DNA from: Pseudoxanthomonas sp.
Lineage (GTDB): Bacteria > Pseudomonadota > Gammaproteobacteria > Xanthomonadales > Xanthomonadaceae
NCBI GenBank assembly: GCA_041688625.1
Contig: JBDNHW010000067.1
Coordinates: 7,532-71,531, forward strand
Direction of reading: 5' to 3'
Length of the DNA: 64,000 bases
Part shown: positions 56,493 through 64,000 of the stretch, one piece after another
Position numbering within the stretch: the first letter of the stretch is position 1
How the letters are laid out: every line of letters begins with the position of its first letter
Notes under the pieces: model-generated
Told to the model about the DNA's origin: nothing
The model's database searches: none
The model's input: only the letters and a program-made list of their open reading frames with translations
Program-made: the position numbers and the translations under genes

Positions 56493-59400
56493 CTACGCCG
56501 CTCCGCTCTGCACCCTGGGGCCCTGTGACGCGGCGGCCGCTTCCTGGGGTTTGACCTTGAACCAGGCCGCATACAGGGCCGGCAGGAACAGCAGGGTCAG
56601 CACCGTGGCCACCGTCAGCCCACCCATGATCGCCACCGCCATCGGGCCGAAGAACGCACTGCGCGACAGCGGGATCATCGCCATCACCGCGGCCAGCGCG
56701 GTCAGCACGATCGGCCGGGACCGGCGCACGGTCGCTTCGACGATCGCGGTCCAGCGGTCATGCCCGGCATCGATATCCTGCTGGATCTGGTCGACCAGGA
56801 TCACCGAGTTGCGCATGATCATTCCGGACAGCGCGATCGTGCCCAGCATCGCCACGAAGCCGAACGGGACCCGGAACACCAGCAGCGCCAGGGTGACGCC
56901 GATGAGTCCCAGCGGCGCCGTCATCATCACCAGGGCCACGCGCGAAAAACTGCGCAGCTGCAGCATCAGCAGCGTCACCACGACCAGCAGGAACAGCGGC
57001 ACGCCGGCAATGATCGACGCCTGCCCGCGCTGCGAGTCCTCCACCGTGCCGCCGGTAGCCAGCCGGTAACCGGTCGGCAGCTGCGCACGCACCGCATCGA
57101 GGGTCTGGGAGATCTGCGCCACCACCGTCGGCGGCGTCACGCCGTCGATGAGGTCGGCGCGCACGGTCACCGTAGGCAGACGGTCGCGATGCCAGATGAT
57201 GCCGTCCTCGAATACGTACTCGATGTTGGCGATCTGCGACAGCGGCACGCTGCCGTTCTGCGTGGGCACGGCCAGGCTTCCCAGCATGTCGATGCGAGAG
57301 CGCTCCTCTTCGGGACCACGCAGCAGGATCTCGATCAACTCGTTGCCTTCGCGGTAGGTGCTGACCCGCAGTCCGGACACGGCGCTGGTGAGAAACCTGG
57401 AAACGTCCGCACTGCTCACGCCCAGCGTGCGCGCACGGTCCTGGTCGATCTCCAGGCGAATCGCCTTGCTTGGCTCATCCCAGTCCAGGTTCACGTTGCG
57501 GGTGGCCGGGTTGGCGCGCACCTGGTCTGCCACCTGGCGGGCCAGCGCCTGCACCTGGTCGATGTGTTCGCCTGAAATGCGGAACTGGATCGGGTAGCCG
57601 ACCGGCGGCCCGTTCTCCAGGCGGGTCACGCGGAACTGGAGCTCCGGAAAGTGCGGGCCAACCTCGTCGATCAGCCAGCTGCGCAGTTTTTCCCGCGCTT
57701 TCGCGTCGGCCGACAGCACCACGAACTGGGCGAAGTTGGCCTGCGGCAGCTGCTGGTCCAAGGGCAGGTAGAAGCGCGGCGAGCCGGTGCCCACGTAGGC
57801 CACGTAATTCTCCACGCCCGCATGCGAAGCGAGCATCGCCTCGAAGCGTTCGGCCTGCTGCTGGGTGGCACGCAGCGATGAACCTTCGGCCAGCTCCATG
57901 TCGATCATCAGCTCGGGGCGCACCGAGTCGGGAAAGAACTGCTGGGGCACGAACCGGAACAGCAGGATGGAGAGCACGAAGACCGATGCGGTGGCACCGA
58001 TGACCAGCCAGCGACGCCGCAGGCAGGCATCGACCAGCCTGCGGAAGCGCTGGTAGAACGGGCGCTGGTAAGGGTCCACGGGGTGTCCGCCATGGGGCCT
58101 GGGCGCCAGCCAGCGTTCCTGCGCCGGATGCCGGTCGGCCAGCCGCAGCCGCCAGGCGTGCCAGCGTGCCGCCAGCGAGCCCGGCCGTGGCGGCGCATCG
58201 CGCTGATGCAGGTCCGGCAACATCCTCTCGCCCAGGTAGGGAATGAACAGCACCGCCACGATCCACGACACCACCAGGGCGATGGTCACCACCTGGAACA
58301 GCGAGCGCGTGTACTCGCCCGTGCCCGACGCGGCGGTGGCGATGGGCAGGAAGCCCGCGGCGGTGACCAGCGTTCCGGTCAACATCGGGAAGGCGGTGGT
58401 TTCGTAGGCGAAGCTGGCGGCGCGCAGGCGGTCGAAGCCCTGCTCCATCTTGATCGCCATCATCTCCACGGCAATGATCGCGTCATCCACCATCAGCCCC
58501 AGCGCCAGCACCAGCGCGCCCAGGGAGATCTTGTGCAGGCCGATGCCGAAGTACTGCATCACCGCAAAGGTCATCGCCAGCACCAGCGGAATCGACACCG
58601 CCACCACCAGCCCGGTCCGCAGGCCGAGTGAGAAGAAGCTCACCAGCAGGACGATGATCACCGCTTCGGTCAGCACCTGCACGAACTCGCCCACCGACTC
58701 ACGCACCGCCTGCGGCTGGTCCGAAACCTTGCGCAGCTCCATGCCCACCGGCAGGGTCTGCTGCAGCCGCTCGAACTCCGCGTCCAGGGCCTTGCCGAGC
58801 TGGATGATGTCGCCGCCGTTCTTCATGGCCACCGCCAGGCCGATCGCGTTCTGCCCCATGAAGCGCATCCTGGGCGCCGACGGGTCGGCGAAGCCGCGCC
58901 TGACTTCGGCGATGTCGCCCAGGCGCAGCGTGCGGCCACCGGCCTCGAGGGGAAAATCGCGGATCGCCTCGACCGAATCGAACTCGCCGTCGACGCGCAC
59001 CTGCATGCGCGAGCTCGGGGTCTCGAAGAAGCCGCTGGCGGTGACCGCGTTCTGCTCGTCCAGCGCCTGCTGCACGACCGACAGCGGGATCCCCAGCGTG
59101 GCGAGCTTGGTATTGGAGAGCTCGATCCAGATCTTCTCGTCCTGCAGCCCGACCAGCTCGACCTTGCCCACGTCCTGCACCCGCTGCAGCTCCAGCTGGA
59201 CGCGATCGGCGTAGTCCTTCATCACCGCATAGTCGAAACCCGGGCCGGTCAGGGCGTAGATATTGCCGAAGGTGTCACCGAACTCGTCATTGAAGAACGG
59301 ACCGCTCACCCCCTGCGGCAGCGTGGCGCGGATGTCGCCGACCTTCTTGCGCACCTGGTACCAGAGCGCGGGCACTTCGCTGGAGTGCATCGAGTCGCGC

Positions 59401-59693
59401 GCCACGAAGATCACCTGCGATTCGCCCGGCCTCGAGAACGAGCGGATGAATTCGTAGTTGCCGGTGGTCATCGCCGCTTTCTCGATGCGTTCGGTGACCT
59501 GCTCGGCCACCTCGGCGGCGGTGGAGCCCGGCCACACCGTGCGCACCACCATGACCTTGAAGGTGAAGGGAGGATCTTCCGACTGGCCCAGCTGCCGATA
59601 CGACCACGCGCCGATCAGCGCGACCACGATCATCGCGTACAGCACCAGGCCGCGATTGGTCAGCGCCCACTGCGACAGGTTGAAGCGACGCAT
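56493..59693 (-). CDS. RND efflux permease subunit
   Basis: GQSEDPPFT, MVDDAII, GMIMRNSVIL, RSRPIVLT; 1066 aa. Confidence 0.95.
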   Translation of the reverse strand: MRRFNLSQWALTNRGLVLYAMIVVALIGAWSYRQLGQSEDPPFTFKVMVVRTVWPGSTAAEVAEQVTERIEKAAMTTGNYEFIRSFSRPGESQVIFVARDSMHSSEVPALWYQVRKKVGDIRATLPQGVSGPFFNDEFGDTFGNIYALTGPGFDYAVMKDYADRVQLELQRVQDVGKVELVGLQDEKIWIELSNTKLATLGIPLSVVQQALDEQNAVTASGFFETPSSRMQVRVDGEFDSVEAIRDFPLEAGGRTLRLGDIAEVRRGFADPSAPRMRFMGQNAIGLAVAMKNGGDIIQLGKALDAEFERLQQTLPVGMELRKVSDQPQAVRESVGEFVQVLTEAVIIVLLVSFFSLGLRTGLVVAVSIPLVLAMTFAVMQYFGIGLHKISLGALVLALGLMVDDAIIAVEMMAIKMEQGFDRLRAASFAYETTAFPMLTGTLVTAAGFLPIATAASGTGEYTRSLFQVVTIALVVSWIVAVLFIPYLGERMLPDLHQRDAPPRPGSLAARWHAWRLRLADRHPAQERWLAPRPHGGHPVDPYQRPFYQRFRRLVDACLRRRWLVIGATASVFVLSILLFRFVPQQFFPDSVRPELMIDMELAEGSSLRATQQQAERFEAMLASHAGVENYVAYVGTGSPRFYLPLDQQLPQANFAQFVVLSADAKAREKLRSWLIDEVGPHFPELQFRVTRLENGPPVGYPIQFRISGEHIDQVQALARQVADQVRANPATRNVNLDWDEPSKAIRLEIDQDRARTLGVSSADVSRFLTSAVSGLRVSTYREGNELIEILLRGPEEERSRIDMLGSLAVPTQNGSVPLSQIANIEYVFEDGIIWHRDRLPTVTVRADLIDGVTPPTVVAQISQTLDAVRAQLPTGYRLATGGTVEDSQRGQASIIAGVPLFLLVVVTLLMLQLRSFSRVALVMMTAPLGLIGVTLALLVFRVPFGFVAMLGTIALSGMIMRNSVILVDQIQQDIDAGHDRWTAIVEATVRRSRPIVLTALAAVMAMIPLSRSAFFGPMAVAIMGGLTVATVLTLLFLPALYAAWFKVKPQEAAAASQGPRVQSGAA

Positions 59694-59696
59694 GGC

Positions 59697-60830
59697 CTAA
59701 CCGTCCTGCCCGGAGCCGACCTTTGCTCCCGGCGCCACTGGTTTGTTGTTCCGGTCCACCGCAGTGACGGATTGGCCCTCCCGGAGCAGGTGGCCGCCCG
59801 CCGCCACCACCCATTCGAGCGACTCCAGGCCCTCCAGCACAGGCACGCTGATCGCGCCATAGCGGCCCAGCGTCACCGCCCGTGATCGCACCTTGCCCCC
59901 GGCATCCACCACCCACACGGCGGTGGCGCCCGAAGGCCCCCGCTGGATGGCCGACAGCGGCACGCTCAGCTCGGCTTCGGCGCCATCTTCCTGCACGTAG
60001 ACGCGTGCGCTCTGTCCCAGCTCGACCGCTTCGGCGGCCTCTTCTGAGAGCGCGACGCGCGCGGGGTAGGTGCGCGTGCGCGGATCGGCCGAAGGAGAAA
60101 TTTCCCGCACGGTGCCCGGGTACCGACGGCCGGAGGCGCTCCACAGTTCGACCATCACCGGCTGGCCGATACTGAAGTCACGGATGCGCGCCTCCGGCAG
60201 GCTGATCAGCACTTCACGGCCGCCGGCGGCGGCCAGCGTGAACACGGCCTGCCCCGCAGTCACCACCTGCCCCGCTTCGGCCTGGCGGGCCGCGATGACA
60301 CCGTCGCGAGGGGAGCGAAGTTGCGCATATCCGGCCTGGTTGCGCGACACGTCCAACTGCGAGCGTGCCACACGCGCCTGCCCTTCGGCAGCCTTGAATG
60401 CCGCGACCTGGGCCTCGTATGCGGAGCGGCTGACCAGCTGTTCGCCAACCAGCTTGCCGAAGCGGTCGCGGTCGCCGCGCGCGCGCGCCAGGTCGGCCTC
60501 CGCGGCCGCGAGCCGTGCCTGCGCAGCCTGCGCCTGCAGGGCCAGGTCTTGGGCGTCGAGTACCGCCAGCACGTCACCGCGTTTCACCGTCGCGCCAACA
60601 TCGACGTTGCGCTTGACCAGGTTGCCGCCGACGCGGAAGGACAGCTCGCTCTCCTCGCGTGCGCGCACTTCGCCGGCGTAGGTCGACAGCGCAGCCTGTG
60701 CACCTCCGCTTGGGTGCGTCACCAGCACCGGACGCGGGAGGACGGCTTCGGGCTCACTCTTGCCGCAGGCCGCTGACGCGGCTAGGAGGATCGCAACCGG
60801 AATCCATCTGAAAGTACGCATCCTTTCCAT
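59697..60830 (-). CDS. RND periplasmic adaptor (MFP) lipoprotein
   Basis: Lipobox SAAC, LSFRVGG, LRSPRDGVI, ADPRTRTY. Confidence 0.93.
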   Translation of the reverse strand: MERMRTFRWIPVAILLAASAACGKSEPEAVLPRPVLVTHPSGGAQAALSTYAGEVRAREESELSFRVGGNLVKRNVDVGATVKRGDVLAVLDAQDLALQAQAAQARLAAAEADLARARGDRDRFGKLVGEQLVSRSAYEAQVAAFKAAEGQARVARSQLDVSRNQAGYAQLRSPRDGVIAARQAEAGQVVTAGQAVFTLAAAGGREVLISLPEARIRDFSIGQPVMVELWSASGRRYPGTVREISPSADPRTRTYPARVALSEEAAEAVELGQSARVYVQEDGAEAELSVPLSAIQRGPSGATAVWVVDAGGKVRSRAVTLGRYGAISVPVLEGLESLEWVVAAGGHLLREGQSVTAVDRNNKPVAPGAKVGSGQDG

Positions 60831-60852
60831 GACTGGCCGCCCACCGTTCGTA

Positions 60853-60903
60853 ATAATGCACTTGGCGGTATAGTATAAATATCGAACCGGTTAGTCTAGT
60901 ATT
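60853..60903. promoter_or_regulatory. Two tandem putative TetR operators in the divergent promoter
   Basis: Two 25-mers at 26 bp period (60853-60877, 60879-60903) share 15 of 25 positions. TAGTAT -10 at 60897-60902. Confidence 0.5.
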
Positions 60904-60908
60904 AGCGC

Positions 60909-61574
60909 ATGACACCCACCGCGCCCTCTCCCCGACGCGAAAAGGCCGCTGTCCGAGCGTCCGGTCCCGGCCGTCCGAAGGATCTCGGCAAGCGTGCCGC
61001 GATCCTCGACGCCGCCAAGCTCCTGTTCCCGCGTGACGGATTCGCCGGCGTGAGCATGGACCAGATCGCGGCGGAAGCCTCGGTGTCCAAGCTCACCGTG
61101 TACAGCCACTTCGGCGACAAGGAGGCGCTGTTCGCCGCCGCCGTGCGCGCCAAGTGCGAGGAGATGCTGCCCGACGACATGTTCCAGCAGGAGCCGAAAG
61201 GTCCGCTGCGCGACCAGCTGCTCGCCATCGCCACCGGCTTCTTCGCTCTGGTCAGCAGTGACGAGGCCATCAGCACCCACCGCATGATGATTGCCCCCGG
61301 CAACGCGGACGACCCGCTGCGCAAGCTGTTCTGGGAAGCCGGTCCGCAGCGCACGCAGGACGCGTTCGCCACGTTCCTGCAGGCGCGCGTGGACGCGGGC
61401 GAGATGGTGATCCCGCACGTGGGCCGGGCCAGCGAGCAGTTCTTCTGCCTGCTGAAGGGACAGATGCACGGCCTGATGATGTGCGGCCTGTGCGATAAAC
61501 CCCGCCGCGCCGAAGTGACGGCGCATATCGACGCGGCCGTCGACATGTTCCTGCGCGCTTACGCGGCCCGGTGA
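60909..61574 (+). CDS. TetR/AcrR family regulator
   Basis: GRPKD..KRAAILDAA..LF, SMDQIAAEASVSKLTVYSHFGDKEALF. Confidence 0.95.
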   Translation: MTPTAPSPRREKAAVRASGPGRPKDLGKRAAILDAAKLLFPRDGFAGVSMDQIAAEASVSKLTVYSHFGDKEALFAAAVRAKCEEMLPDDMFQQEPKGPLRDQLLAIATGFFALVSSDEAISTHRMMIAPGNADDPLRKLFWEAGPQRTQDAFATFLQARVDAGEMVIPHVGRASEQFFCLLKGQMHGLMMCGLCDKPRRAEVTAHIDAAVDMFLRAYAAR

Positions 61575-61708
61575 TGCGCAGTGCCGGCTGCCCGACGGTG
61601 GGCCCGGTGACTTTCGGCACTGCGTGCCGGTGTGCTACTACGGCCATCCTGTCCCCGACAATGCACGGCAGCCACTAAAATGACGGCTTTCCGCGCCGGA
61701 ACCCGAAC

Positions 61709-62365
61709 ATGACGATCAACTACAGCCAGGCCCGCGAAAACATGGTCGAACAGCAGGTCCGTCCCTGGGACGTGCTCGACCTTCGCGTGCTCGAGGTGCT
61801 CTCGACTGTGCCCCGCGAACACTTCGTGCCCGAACTGCATCGTAGCCTCGCCTACACCGACGTGGAGATCCCGCTTGGCGATGGGCAGCGCATGATGAAG
61901 CCGGTGGTGGAGGGCCGCACGCTGCAGGCGCTGGACCTGCAGAGCGGGGAGGACGTGCTGGAGATCGGCACCGGCAGCGGCTACCTCACCGCGTGCATGG
62001 CGCGCCTGGCACGCGACGTGGTGAGCCTGGAGATCCGGCCGGACCTTGCGGCGCGCGCACGCAGGCAACTCGACGCCGATGGACACGGCGGCAACGTGCG
62101 CATCGAAGTGGCCGATGCGCTGCAGTATTCGACCGATCGCCGTTTCGACGCCATCTGCGTCACCGCCGCGGTGGCCTCGCTGCCCCCGCTTTTCCTGCAG
62201 TGGCTGCGGCCCCAGGGCCGGCTGTTCGTGGTCCATGGCCGGTCACCGGTGATGGAAGCGGTGCTGGTCCGCCAGGACAATGACGGTCCACGGTTCGAGT
62301 CGCTGTTCGAAACCGATCTACCCTACCTTCAGGGCGCCGCACCCGCCCCGAAATTCGTCTTCTAA
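61709..62365 (+). CDS. pcm: Protein-L-isoaspartate O-methyltransferase family
   Basis: ARENMVEQQVRPW, PREHFVP, VLEIGTGSGY. Confidence 0.9.
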   Translation: MTINYSQARENMVEQQVRPWDVLDLRVLEVLSTVPREHFVPELHRSLAYTDVEIPLGDGQRMMKPVVEGRTLQALDLQSGEDVLEIGTGSGYLTACMARLARDVVSLEIRPDLAARARRQLDADGHGGNVRIEVADALQYSTDRRFDAICVTAAVASLPPLFLQWLRPQGRLFVVHGRSPVMEAVLVRQDNDGPRFESLFETDLPYLQGAAPAPKFVF

Positions 62366-62384
62366 AAGTGATCAAGGAATCCGC

Positions 62385-63809
62385 ATGAGCCGTCGTCCCC
62401 TGTTCCTCGCACTGGCCCTGGCGCTGCCGCTGGCAGCCTCGGTCGAGGCGGCGAGTGCCGCCGACCTGATGGAAACCTACGAGATGGCGCGGCTGAGTGA
62501 CCCACAGCTTTCCGCCGCCGAGGCCAACCGCCTCGCGATCCGCGAAGGAGCTGCGCAGGCGCGCTCGTCCCTGCTGCCGCAGGTGGACGGGACTGCCACG
62601 CTGTCACGTTCGCGTTCGACCAGCAGCGGTTCGTCGACACAGCTGGATTTCATTACGGGTCGCCCCGTCCTGGTGCCGTCGGTCGAACGTGAAGTGGAGA
62701 CCACCTCGCGCAACTTCGGCGTCAACGTGCAGCAGATGGTCTACGACCGCGGCAATTTCACCCGGCTGCGCAGCCAGCGGGCCTTGAGCCGCGCGGCTGA
62801 TTTCCAGCTGGAGTCGGCTGGTGATTCCCTGATCACCCGCACTTCGGCGGCCTATTTCAACGTGCTGGTCGCCCTGGAGACGCTGGCGGCGGCGCAGGCG
62901 CAGGAAGCGGCGCTCAGGAAGCAGTTCGATTTCGCCGACAAGCGCCTGGAAGTGGGCCTGGCGCCGATCACCGACGTGTACGAGGCACGCGCGCAATACG
63001 ACGGCGCGCGCGCCAACACCATCGTCACCCGCAATGCGCTGGAGGACGCCTACCAGGCACTGGTGGCGCTCACCGGGCAGGGCGTGCGCACGCTGAAGGC
63101 GCTGCCGGAGGACTTCCAGCCGACCCTCCCGAGCCAGCAGCTCGCCGAGGCCTGGGTGGTGTCGGCGGTGCAGAACAACCCGGCGCTGCAGGCCAAGCAG
63201 TTCCAGGTGGAGTCGGCCGAGGCCAACATCGCGACTGCGCGCGCCGGTCACCTGCCCACCCTGTACCTGAGCGGCGGCTACGGCGACCAGAACTCCTCGA
63301 GCGACGTGGCGTTCGGCGGCACCAATTTTCCCTCCGACAGCGAGAGCCGTGGCCCCAATCTGGGACTGACCCTGCGGGTGCCGATCTTCTCGGGCGGGTT
63401 CGTGCAGTCCCAGGTCAGGCAGGCGATCGCGCAGCGCGACGTGGCGGCCTTCGAGCTGGAAGACCAGAAGCGCGCCCTGGTGCGCAACACCCGCAATGCG
63501 TACCAGACCCTGGTGGCCGGAATCAGCGAGGTCGAGGCGCTGAAGAGCGCGGTCCTGTCGGCCCGCAGCGCCTACGGTGCGTCCCAGGTCGGGCTCGAGG
63601 TAGGCACGCGCACCGTGCTGGACGTGCTGAACAACCAGCAGACGCTGTTCAACGCCGAACGCGAATACGCGCTGGCGCGCTACAACTTCCTGCAGAACCG
63701 CCTGTTGCTGGGCCAGGCGGCCGGCACGGTGGACGCGGCCACGGTGCAGGAGGTCAATCGCCTGCTGACGGTCGACGCCGTGCCGCCAGCGCCGGCCGTC
63801 GCCCCCTGA
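62385..63809 (+). CDS. tolC: TolC family outer-membrane channel
   Basis: Signal peptide, ARSSLLPQV, EVGLAPITDV.EA.A, ARAGHLPTL, VGTRTVLDVL; follows pcm. Confidence 0.94.
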   Translation: MSRRPLFLALALALPLAASVEAASAADLMETYEMARLSDPQLSAAEANRLAIREGAAQARSSLLPQVDGTATLSRSRSTSSGSSTQLDFITGRPVLVPSVEREVETTSRNFGVNVQQMVYDRGNFTRLRSQRALSRAADFQLESAGDSLITRTSAAYFNVLVALETLAAAQAQEAALRKQFDFADKRLEVGLAPITDVYEARAQYDGARANTIVTRNALEDAYQALVALTGQGVRTLKALPEDFQPTLPSQQLAEAWVVSAVQNNPALQAKQFQVESAEANIATARAGHLPTLYLSGGYGDQNSSSDVAFGGTNFPSDSESRGPNLGLTLRVPIFSGGFVQSQVRQAIAQRDVAAFELEDQKRALVRNTRNAYQTLVAGISEVEALKSAVLSARSAYGASQVGLEVGTRTVLDVLNNQQTLFNAEREYALARYNFLQNRLLLGQAAGTVDAATVQEVNRLLTVDAVPPAPAVAP

Positions 63810-63832
63810 CGCCTACGGCATCGGCTCGCAAC

Positions 63833-63866
63833 GGAACGGCGGACCTTCGGGTTCGCCGTTCCTGTT
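63833..63866. terminator. Terminator hairpin between tolC and waaA
   Basis: GGAACGGCGGACC-TTCG-GGTTCGCCGTTCC followed by TGTTT. Confidence 0.75.
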
Positions 63867-63893
63867 TGTGCTGACCCCAACGAACACACCGCC

Positions 63894-64000
63894 TCATCGA
63901 GGCCGCCTGGCATCGTGCCCGGAGAGCGGGTCCAGCGGCAGGTCCACCGCGATCATGTCCAGCGTGCGCTGCAGCGCGCCGCGTCCCTGCTCCACCAGCT
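63894..64000 (-). CDS. waaA: 3' end of Kdo transferase (partial)
   Basis: Manual translation LVEQGRGALQRTLDMIAVDLP...* resembles the WaaA C-terminus; expected next to tolC in this family. Confidence 0.7.
   Translation of the reverse strand, partial: LVEQGRGALQRTLDMIAVDLPLDPLSGHDARRPR

Noticed and set aside
56493-63809. RND-TetR-pcm-tolC as an acquired resistance island
   Set aside because: Composition matches the backbone, there are no mobility genes, and the arrangement looks like ordinary chromosomal context next to waaA.

Overview
GC-rich bacterial chromosome segment. Gene content and order point to Xanthomonadaceae/Lysobacterales (inference). It is mostly housekeeping backbone: rppH (partial), tRNA-Met, gmk-yicC/rph-VOC-rdgB-hemW, pepQ/pepP-ygfB, a PAS-GGDEF-EAL gene, zapA-6S RNA-ygfA-EVE-rpiA, thiE-hemL-metB-like, a Fur-boxed TonB receptor, argD, mpl-adk/PPi-PFK, FNR-boxed hemN, hppA-ppa, TPP-thiC, an attenuated ilvDCGM-ilvA-leuACDB operon, an RND efflux pair with TetR, pcm-tolC and the 3' end of waaA. 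No CRISPR array, intact integrase, transposase or intact defence system was found. Non-routine signals: (1) a degenerate 5' half of tRNA-Met sits directly before a complete tRNA-Met of a different allele, followed by att-like motifs and a decayed AT-richer island (metallophosphoesterase and UvrD-like helicase fragments) that abuts gmk where rpoZ would be expected; (2) about seven pseudogenes, all in dispensable genes, while core genes are intact; (3) HppA carries a C-terminal OmpA-like domain; (4) several families of intergenic palindromic repeats, including a convergent 3+3 REP array and paired heptamer-armed elements; (5) an unannotated Leu/Val/Ile leader peptide, an orphan FNR-type box and several probable leaderless genes. 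All protein assignments are from motif recognition by eye; no database searches were run.
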